The position numbers and the translations under genes were made by a program. DNA of 64,000 nt from Eledone cirrhosa (taxonomy: Eukaryota). Positions 1 through 15,200 of the stretch are shown piece after piece. The stretch covers positions 16,926,001 through 16,990,000 of the forward strand of contig OZ024740.1 in the NCBI GenBank assembly GCA_964016885.1, read 5' to 3'. Numbering within the stretch: the first letter of the stretch is position 1; each line of letters starts with the position of its first letter. The notes below the pieces were generated by a model. It made no database searches. It worked only from the letters and a program-made list of their open reading frames with translations, and was not told where the DNA came from.

Positions 1-2339
1 CCACTACTACTACAGTAACTACTACCACTACAGTAACCACTAACACTACTGTAACCACTACCACTACAGTAACCACTACCACTACAGTAACCACTACCAC
101 TTCAGTAACCACTACCACTATTGTAACCACTACCACTACAAAACCACTACCACTACAAAAACCACTACCACGACAGTAACCACTACAGTAACCACTACAG
201 TAACCACTACCACTACAGTAACCACTACCACTACTGTAACCACTACCACTACAGTAACCACTACCACTACAGTAGCCACTACTACTACAGAAACCACTAC
301 AACCACAGTTACCACTACCACTACAGTTACCACTACCACTACTGTAACTACTACCACTACTGTAACCACTACCACTACAGTAACCACTACCACTACAGTA
401 ACCACTACCACTACTGTAACTACTACCACTACTGTAACCACTACCACTACAGTAACCACTACCACTACTGTAACCACTACCGCTACAGTAACCACTACCA
501 CTACTGTAACCACTACCACTACAGTAACCACTACCACTACAGTAAACACTACCACTACAGTAACCACTACCACTACAGTAACCACTACCACTACAGTAAA
601 CACTACCACTACAGTAACCACTACAACTACAGTAACCACTACCACTACAGTAAACACTACCACTACTGTAACCACTACCACTACAGTAACCACTACCACT
701 ACAGTAACCACTACCACTACAGTAAACACTACCACTACAGTAACCACTACCACTACAGTAAACACAACCACTACTGTAACCACTACCACTACAGTAACCA
801 CTACCACTACAGTAAACACTACCACTACAGTAACCACTACCGCTACAGTAACCACTACCACTACTGTAACCACTACCACTACAGTAACCACTACCACTAC
901 AGTAAACACTACCACTACAGTAACCACTACCACTACAGTAACCACTACCACTACAGTAAACACTACCACTACTGTAACCACTACCACTACAGTAACCACT
1001 ACCACTACAGTAAACACTACCACTACAGTAACCACTACCACTACAGTAACCACTACCACTACAGTAAACACTACCACTACTGTAACCACTACCACTACAG
1101 TAACCACTACCACTACAGTAAACACTACCACTACAGTAAACACTACCACTACAGTAACCACTACCACTACAGTAAACACTACCACTACTGTAACCATTAC
1201 CACTACAGTAACCACTACCACGACAGTAACCACTACCACTACTGTAACCACTACCACTACAGTAAACACTACCACTACAGTAACCACTACCACTACTGTA
1301 ACCACTACCACTACAGTACCCACTACCACTACAGTAAACACTACCACTGCAGCAACCACTACCACTACTGTAACCACTACCACTACAATAACCACTACCA
1401 CGACAGTAACCACTACCACTACTGTAACAACTACCACTACTGTAACCACTACCACTACTGTAACCACTACCGCTACAGTAACCACTACCACTACTGTAAC
1501 CACTACCACTACAGTAACCACTACCACTACAGTAAACACTACCACTGCAGTAACCACTACCACTACAGTAACCACTACCACTACAGTAACCACTACCACT
1601 ACTGTAACCACTACCACTACTGTAAACACTACCACTAGAGTAAACACTACCACTACAGTAACCACTACCACTAAAGTAACCACTAGCACTACAGTAACCA
1701 CTACCACTACTGTAACCACTACCACTACAGTAACCACTACCACTACAGTAACCACTACCACTACAGTAACCACTACCACTACAGTAACCACTACCACTAC
1801 TGTAACCACTACCATTACAGTAAACACTACCACTAGAGTAAACACTACCACTACAGTAACCACTACCACTAAAGTAACCACTAGCACTACAGTAACCACT
1901 ACCACTACAGTAACCACTACCACTACTGTAACCACTACCACTACAGTAACCACTACCACTACAGTAAACACTACCACTACAGTAACCACTACCACTACAG
2001 TAACCACTACCACTACTGTAACCACTACCACTACTGTAACCACTACCACTACAGTAACCACTACCACTACAGTAACTACTACCACTACAGTAACCACTAC
2101 TGTAACCACTACCACTACAGTAACCACTACTGTAACCACTACCACTACAGTAAACACTACCACAACAGTAACCACTACCACTACTGTAACCACTACCACT
2201 ACAGTAACCACTACCACTACAGTAACCACTACCACTACAGTAACTACTACCACTACAGTAACCACAACTGTAACCACTACCACTACAGTAACCACTACTG
2301 TAACCACTACCACTACAGTAAACACTACCACTACAGTAA

Positions 2340-5300
2340 CCACTACCACTACTGTAACCACTACCACTATAGTAACCACTACCACTACAGTAACCACTAC
2401 CACTACAGTAACTACTACCACTACAGTAACCACTACTGTAACCACTACCACTACAGTAACCACTACCACTACAGTAACCACTACCACTACAGTAACTACT
2501 ACCTCTAGAGTAACCACTACTGTAACCACTACCACCACTATAACCACTACCACTACAGTAACCACTACCACTACTGTAACCACTACCACGACAGTAACCA
2601 CTACAGTAACCACTACTGTAACCACTACCACTACAGTAAACACTACCACTACAGTAACCACTACCACTACTGTAACCACTACCACTACAGTAACCACTAC
2701 CACTACAGTAACCACTACCACTACAGTAACTACTACCACTACAGTAACCACTACTGTAACCACTACCACTACAGTAACCACTACCACTACAGTAAACAAT
2801 ACCACTACTGTAACCACTACCACTACTGTAACAACTACCACTACAGTAACCACTACCACTACAGAAACCACTACCACTACTGTAACCACTACCACTACAG
2901 TAACCACTACCACTACAGTAACCACTACCACTACAGTAACCACTACCACTACAGTAACTACTACCACTACAGTAACCACTACTGTAACCAATACCACTAC
3001 AGTAACCACTACCACTACAGTAACCACTACCACTACAGTAACCACTACAACTACAGTAACCACTACCACTACTGTAACCACTACCACTACAGTAAACACT
3101 ACCACTACAGTAACCACTACCACTAGAGTAACCACTACCACTACAGTAACCACTACCACTACTGTAACCACTACCACTACAGTAACCACTACCACTACAG
3201 TAACCACTACCACTACAGTAACCACTACCACTACAGTAACCACTATCACTACAGTAACCACTACCACTACTGTAACCCAACTACCACTACTGTAACAACT
3301 ACCACTACTATAACCACTACCACTACAGTAACCACTACCACTACAGTAACTACTACCACTACAGTAACCACTACTGTAACCACTACCACTACAGTAACCA
3401 CTACCAAAACAGTAACCACTACCGTTACAGTAACCACTACTACTACTGTAACCACTACCAATACAGTAACCACTAGCACTACAGTAACCACTACTACTAG
3501 AGTAACCACTACCACTACAGTAACCACTACCACTACAGAAACCACTACCACTACAGTAACCACTACCACTACAGTAACCACTACCACTACAGTAACCACT
3601 ACCACTACAGTAACCACTACCACTACAGTAACCACTACCACTACAGTAACCACTACCACTACAGTAACCACTAACACTAGTGTAACCACTACCACTACAG
3701 TAACCACTACCACTAATGTAACCAATACCACTACAGTAACCACTACCACTACAGTAACCACTACCACTACTGTAACCACTACCACTACAGTAACCACTAC
3801 CACTACTGTAACCACTACTACTACTGTAACCACTACCACTACAGTAACCACTACCACTACAGTAACCACTACCACTACTGTAACCACTACCACTACAGTA
3901 ACCACTACCACTACAGTAACCACTACCATTACTGTAACCTCTACAGTAACCACTACCACTACAGTAACCACTACCACTACAGTAACCACTACCACTACTG
4001 AAACCACTACCACTACAGTAACCACTACCACTACAGAAACCACTACTACTACTGTAACCACTACGACTACAGTAACCACTACCACTACAGTAACCACTAC
4101 TACTACTGTAACAAATTACTACTACTGTAACCACTACCACTACAGTAGCCACTACCAATACAGTAACCACTACCACTACTGTAAACACTACCACTACAGT
4201 AACCACTAGCACTACAATAACCACTACCACTACAGTAACCACTACCACTACTGTAACCACTACCACTACAGTAACCACTACCACTACAGTAACCACTACC
4301 ACTACTGTAACCACTACCACTACAGTAACCACTACCACTACTGTAAACACTACCACTAGAGTAACCACTACCACTACAGTAACCACTACCACTACAGTAA
4401 CCACTACCACTACAGTAACCACTACCACTACAATAACCACTACCACTACAATAAACCCTACCACTACTGTAACCACAACCACTACAGTAACCACTACCAC
4501 TACTGTAACCACTACCACTACAGTAACCACTACCACTACAGTAACCACTACCACTACAATTACCACTACCACTACTGTAACCACTACCACTACTGTAACC
4601 ACTACAGTAACCACTACCACTACAGTAACCACTACCACTACAGTAACCACTACCGTTACAGTAACCACTAGCACTACTGTAACCACTACCACTACTGTAG
4701 CCACTACCACTGCAGTAACCACTACCACTACAGTAACCACTACCACTACATTAACCACTATCACTACAGTAACCACTACAGTAACCACTACCACTACAGT
4801 AACCACTACCACTACAATAACCACTACCACTACAGTAACCACTACCACTACAGTAACCACTACCACTACTGTAACCACTACTACTACTGTAACCACTACC
4901 ACTACAGTAACCACTATCACTACAGTAACCACTACCACTACTGTAACCCAACTACCACTACTGTAACAACTACCACTACTATAACCACTACCACTACAGT
5001 AACCACTACCACTACAGTAACTACTACCACTACAGTAACCACTACTGTAACCACTACCACTACAGTAACCACTACCAAAACAGTAACCACTACCGTTACA
5101 GTAACCACTACTACTACTGGAACCACTACCAATACAGTAACCACTAGCACTACAGTAACCACTACTACTAGAGTAACCACTACCACTACAGTAACCACTA
5201 CCACTACAGAAACCACTACCACTACAGTAACCACTACCACTACAGTAACCACTACCACTACAGTAACCACTACCACTACAGTAACCACTACCACTACAGT

Positions 5301-8300
5301 AACCACTACCACTACAGTAACCACTACCACTACAGTAACCACTAACACTAGTGTAACCACTACCACTACAGTAACCACTACCACTAATGTAACCAATACC
5401 ACTACAGTAACCACTACCACTACAGTAACCACTACCACTACTGTAACCACTACCACTACAGTAACCACTACCACTACTGTAACCACTATTACTACTGTAA
5501 CCACTACCACTACAGTAACCACTACCACTACAGTAACCACTACCACTACTGTAACCACTACCACTACAGTAACCACTACCACTACAGTAACCACTACCAT
5601 TACTGTAACCTCTACAGTAACCACTACCACTACAGTAACCACTACCACTACAGTAACCACTACCACTACTGAAACCACTACCACTACAGTAACCACTACC
5701 ACTACAGAAACCACTACTACTACTGTAACCACTACGACTACAGTAACCACTACCACTACAGTAACCACTACCAATACTGTAACCACTACCACTACAGTAA
5801 CCACTACCACTACAGTAACCACTACCACTACAATTACCACTACCACTACTGTAACCACTACCACTACTGTAACCACTACAGTAACCACTACCACTACAGT
5901 AACCACTACCACTACAGTAACCACTACCGTTACAGTAACCACTAGCACTACTGTAACCACTACCACTACTGTAGCCACTACCACTGCAGTAACCACTACC
6001 ACTACAGTAACCACTACCACTACATTAACCACTATCACTACAGTAACCACTACAGTAACCACTACCACTACAGTAACCACTACCACTACAATAACCACTA
6101 CCACTACAGTAACCACTACCACTACAGTAACCACTACCACTACTGTAACCACTACTACTACTGTAACCACTACCACTACAGTAACCACTATCACTACAGT
6201 AACCACTACCACTACTGTAACCCAACTACCACTACTGTAACAACTACCACTACTATAAACACTACCACTACAGTAACCACTACCACTACAGTAACTACTA
6301 CCACTACAGTAACCACTACTGTAACCACTACCACTACAGTAACCACTACCAAAACAGTAACCACTACCGTTACAGTAACCACTACTACTACTGTAACCAC
6401 TACCAATACAGTAACCACTAGCACTACAGTAACCACTACTACTAGAGTAACCACTACCACTACAGTAACCACTACCACTACAGAAACCACTACCACTACA
6501 GTAACCACTACCACTACAGTAACCACTACCACTACAGTAACCACTACCACTACAGTAACCACTACCACTACAGTAACCACTACCACTACAGTAACCACTA
6601 CCACTACAGTAACCACTAACACTAGTGTAACCACTACCACTACAGTAACCACTACCACTACTGTAACCACTACCACTATAGTACCCACTACCACTACAGT
6701 AACCACTACCACTACAGTAACTACTACCACTACAGTAACCACTACTGTAACCACTACCACTACAGTAACCACTACCACTACAGTAACCACTACCACTACA
6801 GTAACTACTACCTCTAGAGTAACCACTACTGTAACCACTACCACCACTATAACCACTACCACTACAGTAACCACTACCACTACTGTAACCACTACCACGA
6901 CAGTAACCACTACAGTAACCACTACTGTAACCACTACCACTACAGTAAACACTACCACTACAGTAACCACTACCACTACTGTAACCACTACCACTACAGT
7001 AACCACTACCACTACAGTAACCACTACCACTACAGTAACTACTACCACTACAGTAACCACTACTGTAACCACTACCACTACAGTAACCACTACCACTACA
7101 GTAAACAATACCACTACTGTAACCACTACCACTACTGTAACAACTACCACTACAGTAACCACTACCACTACAGAAACCACTACCACTACTGTAACCACTA
7201 CCACTACAGTAACCACTACCACTACAGTAACCACTACCACTACAGTAACCACTACCACTACAGTAACTACTACCACTACAGTAACCACTACTGTAACCAA
7301 TACCACTACAGTAACCACTACCACTACAGTAACCACTACCACTACAGTAACCACTACAACTACAGTAACCACTACCACTACTGTAACCACTACCACTACA
7401 GTAAACACTACCACTACAGTAACCACTACCACTAGAGTAACCACTACCACTACAGTAACCACTACCACTACTGTAACCACTACCACTACAGTAACCACTA
7501 CCACTACAGTAACCACTACCACTACAGTAACCACTACCACTACAGTAACCACTATCACTACAGTAACCACTACCACTACTGTAACCCAACTACCACTACT
7601 GTAACAACTACCACTACTATAACCACTACCACTACAGTAACCACTACCACTACAGTAACTACTACCACTACAGTAACCACTACTGTAACCACTACCACTA
7701 CAGTAACCACTACCAAAACAGTAACCACTACCGTTACAGTAACCACTACTACTACTGTAACCACTACCAATACAGTAACCACTAGCACTACAGTAACCAC
7801 TACTACTAGAGTAACCACTACCACTACAGTAACCACTACCACTACAGAAACCACTACCACTACAGTAACCACTACCACTACAGTAACCACTACCACTACA
7901 GTAACCACTACCACTACAGTAACCACTACCACTACAGTAACCACTACCACTACAGTAACCACTAACACTAGTGTAACCACTACCACTACAGTAACCACTA
8001 CCACTAATGTAACCAATACCACTACAGTAACCACTACCACTACAGTAACCACTACCACTACTGTAACCACTACCACTACAGTAACCACTACCACTACTGT
8101 AACCACTACTACTACTGTAACCACTACCACTACAGTAACCACTACCACTACAGTAACCACTACCACTACTGTAACCACTACCACTACAGTAACCACTACC
8201 ACTACAGTAACCACTACCATTACTGTAACCTCTACAGTAACCACTACCACTACAGTAACCACTACCACTACAGTAACCACTACCACTACTGAAACCACTA

Positions 8301-9290
8301 CCACTACAGTAACCACTACCACTACAGAAACCACTACTACTACTGTAACCACTACGACTACAGTAACCACTACCACTACAGTAACCACTACTACTACTGT
8401 AACAAATTACTACTACTGTAACCACTACCACTACAGTAGCCACTACCAATACAGTAACCACTACCACTACTGTAAACACTACCACTACAGTAACCACTAG
8501 CACTACAATAACCACTACCACTACAGTAACCACTACCACTACTGTAACCACTACCACTACAGTAACCACTACCACTACAGTAACCACTACCACTACTGTA
8601 ACCACTACCACTACAGTAACCACTACCACTACTGTAAACACTACCACTAGAGTAACCACTACCACTACAGTAACCACTACCACTACAGTAACCACTACCA
8701 CTACAGTAACCACTACCACTACAATAACCACTACCACTACAATAAACCCTACCACTACTGTAACCACAACCACTACAGTAACCACTACCACTACTGTAAC
8801 CACTACCACTACAGTAACCACTACCACTACAGTAACCACTACCACTACAATTACCACTACCACTACTGTAACCACTACCACTACTGTAACCACTACAGTA
8901 ACCACTACCACTACAGTAACCACTACCACTACAGTAACCACTACCGTTACAGTAACCACTAGCACTACTGTAACCACTACCACTACTGTAGCCACTACCA
9001 CTGCAGTAACCACTACCACTACAGTAACCACTACCACTACATTAACCACTATCACTACAGTAACCACTACAGTAACCACTACCACTACAGTAACCACTAC
9101 CACTACAATAACCACTACCACTACAGTAACCACTACCACTACAGTAACCACTACCACTACTGTAACCACTACTACTACTGTAACCACTACCACTACAGTA
9201 ACCACTATCACTACAGTAACCACTACCACTACTGTAACCCAACTACCACTACTGTAACAACTACCACTACTATAACCACTACCACTACAG
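2340..9290. repeat. Higher-order duplication inside the satellite: ~2.6-kb block at ~2,340-4,990 repeated at ~6,650-9,290
   Basis: Rare markers recur at offsets 4,309/4,291 (one 18-bp unit apart): gtaacccaac at 3,272/7,581 and 4,943/9,234; acaaattact at 4,111/8,402. ORF-track translations 136..4938 and 6212..9229 begin identically. Confidence 0.9.
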
Positions 9291-12200
9291 TAACCACTAC
9301 CACTACAGTAACCACTACCACTACTGTAACCACTACCACTACAGTAACCACTACCACTACAGTAACCACTACCATTACTGTAACCTCTACAGTAACCACT
9401 ACCACTACAGTAACCACTACCACTACAGTAACCACTACCACTACTGAAACCACTACCGTTACAGTAACCACTACTACTACTGGAACCACTACCAATACAG
9501 TAACCACTAGCACTACAGTAACCACTACTACTAGAGTAACCACTACCACTACAGTAACCACTACCACTACAGAAACCACTACCACTACAGTAACCACTAC
9601 CACTACAGTAACCACTACCACTACAGTAACCACTACCACTACAGTAACCACTACCACTACAGTAACCACTACCACTACAGTAACCACTACCACTACAGTA
9701 ACCACTAACACTAGTGTAACCACTACCACTACAGTAACCACTACCACTAATGTAACCAATACCACTACAGTAACCACTACCACTACAGTAACCACTACCA
9801 CTACTGTAACCACTACCACTACAGTAACCACTACCACTACTGTAACCACTACTACTACTGGAACCACTACCAATACAGTAACCACTAGCACTACAGTAAC
9901 CACTACTACTAGAGTAACCACTACCACTACAGTAACCACTACCACTACAGAAACCACTACCACTACAGTAACCACTACCACTACAGTAACCACTACCACT
10001 ACAGTAACCACTACCACTACAGTAACCACTACCACTACAGTAACCACTACCACTACAGTAACCACTACCACTACAGTAACCACTAACACTAGTGTAACCA
10101 CTACCACTACAGTAACCACTACCACTAATGTAACCAATACCACTACAGTAACCACTACCACTACAGTAACCACTACTGTAACCACTACCACTACAGTAAC
10201 CACTACCAAAACAGTAACCACTACCGTTACAGTAACCACTACTACTACTGGAACCACTACCAATACAGTAACCACTAGCACTACAGTAACCACTACTACT
10301 AGAGTAACCACTACCACTACAGTAACCACTACCACTACAGAAACCACTACCACTACAGTAACCACTACCACTACAGTAACCACTACCACTACAGTAACCA
10401 CTACCACTACAGTAACCACTACCACTACAGTAACCACTACCACTACAGTAACCACTACCACTACAGTAACCACTAACACTAGTGTAACCACTACCACTAC
10501 AGTAACCACTACCACTAATGTAACCAATACCACTACAGTAACCACTACCACTACAGTAACCACTACCACTACTGTAACCACTACCACTACAGTAACCACT
10601 ACCACTACTGTAACCACTACTACTACTGTAACCACTACCACTACAGTAACCACTACCACTACAGTAACCACTACCACTACTGTAACCACTACCACTACAG
10701 TAACCACTACCACTACAGTAACCACTACCATTACTGTAACCTCTACAGTAACCACTACCACTACAGTAACCACTACCACTACAGTAACCACTACCACTAC
10801 TGAAACCACTACCACTACAGTAACCACTACCACTACAGAAACCACTACTACTACTGTAACCACTACGACTACAGTAACCACTACCACTACAGTAACCACT
10901 ACCAATACTGTAACCACTACCACTACAGTAACCACTACCACTACAGTAACCACTACCACTACAATTACCACTACCACTACTGTAACCACTACCACTACTG
11001 TAACCACTACAGTAACCACTACCACTACAGTAACCACTACCACTACAGTAACCACTACCGTTACAGTAACCACTAGCACTACTGTAACCACTACCACTAC
11101 TGTAGCCACTACCACTGCAGTAACCACTACCACTACAGTAACCACTACCACTACATTAACCACTATCACTACAGTAACCACTACCGTTACAGTAACCACT
11201 ACTACTACTGTAACCACTACCAATACAGTAACCACTAGCACTACAGTAACCACTACTACTAGAGTAACCACTACCACTACAGTAACCACTACCACTACAG
11301 AAACCACTACCACTACAGTAACCACTACCACTACAGTAACCACTACCACTACAGTAACCACTACCACTACAGTAACCACTACCACTACAGTAACCACTAC
11401 CACTACAGTAACCACTAACACTAGTGTAACCACTACCACTACAGTAACCACTACCACTAATGTAACCAATACCACTACAGTAACCACTACCACTACAGTA
11501 ACCACTACCACTACTGTAACCACTACCACTACAGTAACCACTACCACTACTGTAACCACTACTACTACTGTAACCACTACCACTACAGTAACCACTACCA
11601 CTACAGTAACCACTACCACTACTGTAACCACTACCACTACAGTAACCACTACCACTACAGTAACCACTACCATTACTGTAACCTCTACAGTAACCACTAC
11701 CACTACAGTAACCACTACCACTACAGTAACCACTACCACTACTGAAACCACTACCACTACAGTAACCACTACCACTACAGAAACATCTACTACTACTGTA
11801 ACCACTACGACTACAGTAACCACTACCACTACAGTAACCACTACTACTACTGTAACCATTACTACTACTGTAACCACTACCACTACAGTAGCCACTACCA
11901 ATACAGTAACCACTACCACTACTGTAAACACTACCACTACAGTAACCACTAGCACTACAATAACCACTACCACTACAGTAACCACTACCACTACTGTAAC
12001 CACTACCACTACAGTAACCACTACCACTACAGTAACCACTACCACTACTGTAACCACTACCACTACAGTAACCACTACCACTACTGTAAACACTACCACT
12101 AGAGTAACCACTACCACTACAGTAACCACTACCACTACAGTAACCACTACCACTACAGTAACCACTACCACTACAATAACCACTACCACTACAATAAACC

Positions 12201-15200
12201 CTACCACTACTGTAACCACAACCACTACAGTAACCACTACCACTACTGTAACCACTACCACTACAGTAACCACTACCACTACAGTAACCACTACCACTAC
12301 AATTACCACTACCACTACTGTAACCACTACCACTACTGTAACCACTACAGTAACCACTACCACTACAGTAACCACTACCACTACAGTAACCACTACCGTT
12401 ACAGTAACCACTAGCACTACTGTAACCACTACCACTACTGTAGCCACTACCACTGCAGTAACCACTACCACTACAGTAACCACTACCACTACATTAACCA
12501 CTATCACTACAGTAACCACTACAGTAACCACTACCACTACAGTAACCACTACCACTACAATAACCACTACCACTACAGTAACCACTACCACTACAGTAAC
12601 CACTACCACTACTGTAACCACTACTACTACTGTAACCACTACCACTACAGTAACCACTACCACTACAGTAACCACTACCACTACTGTAACCACTACCACT
12701 ACAGTAACCACTACCACTACAATATCCACTACCACTACAGTAACCACTACCACTACTGTAACCACTACCACTACAGTAACCACTACCACTACAGTAACCA
12801 CTACCACTACTGTAACCACTACCACTACAGTAACCACTACCACTACTGTAACCACTACCCCTACATTAACCACTACCACTACAGTAACCACTACCACTAC
12901 TGTAACCACTACCACTACAGTAACCACTACCTCTACAATAAACCCTACCACTACTGTAACCACTACCACTACAGTAACCACTAATACTACAATAACCACT
13001 ACAGTAACCACTACTGTAACCACTACCACTACAGTAACCACTACCTCTACAATAACCACTACCACTACTGTAACCACTACCACTACAGTAACCACTACCT
13101 CTACAATAACCACTACCACTACCGTAACCACTACCACTATTGTAACCACTACCACTACAGTAACCACTACCACTATTGTAACCACTACCACTACAGTAAC
13201 CACTACCACCACTATAACCACTACCAATACAGTAACCACTACCACTACAGTAACCACTACCACTACAGTAACCACTACCTCTACAGTAAACACTACTACT
13301 ACAGTAACTACTACCACTACTGTAACCACTACCAATACTGTAACCACTACCACTACAGTAACCACTACCACTACTGTAACCACTACCACTACTGTAATCA
13401 CTACCACTACTGTAACCACTACCACTACAGTAACCACTACCACTACAGTAACCACTACCACTACTGTAACCACTACCACTACAGTAACCACTACCACTAC
13501 TGTAACCACTACCACTACAATAACCACTACCACTACAGTAACCACTACTACTACAGTAACTACTACCACTACAGTAACCACTACTGTAACCACTACCACT
13601 ACTGTAACCACTACCACTACAGTAACCACTAACACTACTGTAACTACTACCACTACAGTAACCACTACCACTACTGTAACCACTACAATTACAGTAACCA
13701 CTACCACTACAGTAACCACTACCAGTACAGTAACCACTACCACTACTGTAACCACTACCACTACAGTAACCACTAACACTACTGTAACCACTACCACTAC
13801 AGTAACCACTACCACTACTGTAACCACTACTACTACTGTAACCACTACCACTACAGTAACCACTACCACTACAGTAACCACTACCACTACTGTAACCACT
13901 ACCACTACAGTAACCACTACCACTACAGTAACCACTACCATTACTGTAACCACTACAGTAACCACTACCACTACAGTAACCACTACCACTACAGTAACCA
14001 CTACCACTACTGAAACCACTGCCACTACAGTAACCACTACCACTACAGTAACCACTACCACTACAGACACCACTACTACTACTGTAACCACTACCACTAC
14101 AGTAACCACTACCACTACAGTAACCACTACCACTACAGTAAACACTACCACTACAGTAACCACTACCACTACAGTAAACACAACCACTACTGTAACCACT
14201 ACCACTACAGTAACCACTACCACTACAGTAAACACTACCACTACTGTAACCACTACCGCTACAGTAACCACTACCACTACTGTAACCACTACCACTACAG
14301 TACCACTACCACTACAGTAAACACTACCACTACAGTAACCACTACCACTACAGTAACCACTACCACTACAGTAAACACTACCACTACTGTAACCACTACC
14401 ACTACAGTAACCACTACCACTACAGTAAACACTACCACTACAGTAACCACTACCACTACAGTAACCACTACCACTACAGTAAACACTACCACTACTGTAA
14501 CCACTACCACTACAGTAACCACTACCACTACAGTAACCACTACCACTACAGTAAACACTACCACTACAGTAACCACTACCACTACAGTAAACACTACCAC
14601 TACTGTAACCACTACCACTAAAGTAACCACTACCACTACAGTAAACACTACCACTACAGTAACCACTACCACTACAGTAACTACTACCACTACAGTAACC
14701 ACTACCACTACTGTAACCACTACCACTACAGTAAACACTACCACTACAGTAACCACTACCACTACTGTAACCATTACCACTACAGTAACCACTACCACGA
14801 CAGTAACCACTACCACTACTGTAACCACTACCACTACAGTAAACACTACCACTACAGTAACCACTACCACTACTGTAACCACTACCACTACAGTAACCAC
14901 TACCACTACAGTAAAAACTACCACTGCAGTAACCACTACCACTACTGTAACCACTACCACTACAATAACCACTACCACGACAGTAACCACTACCACTACT
15001 GTAACAACTACCACTACTGTAACCACTACCACTACTGTAACCACTACCGCTACAGTAACCACTACCACTACTGTAACCACTACCACTACAGTAACCACTA
15101 CCACTACAGTAAACACTACCACTGCAGTAACCACTACCACTACAGTAACCACTACCACTACAGTAACCACTACCACTACTGTAACCACTACCACTACTGT

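Noticed and set aside
3267-9242. (CSGSGY)n loricrin/keratin-associated-like protein on the minus strand
   Set aside because: Appears only between frameshifts. The frame is interrupted by TAA/TAG/TGA variants (tta, cta, tca on +) and is closed by stops at the array's right edge. There is no unique N-terminus.
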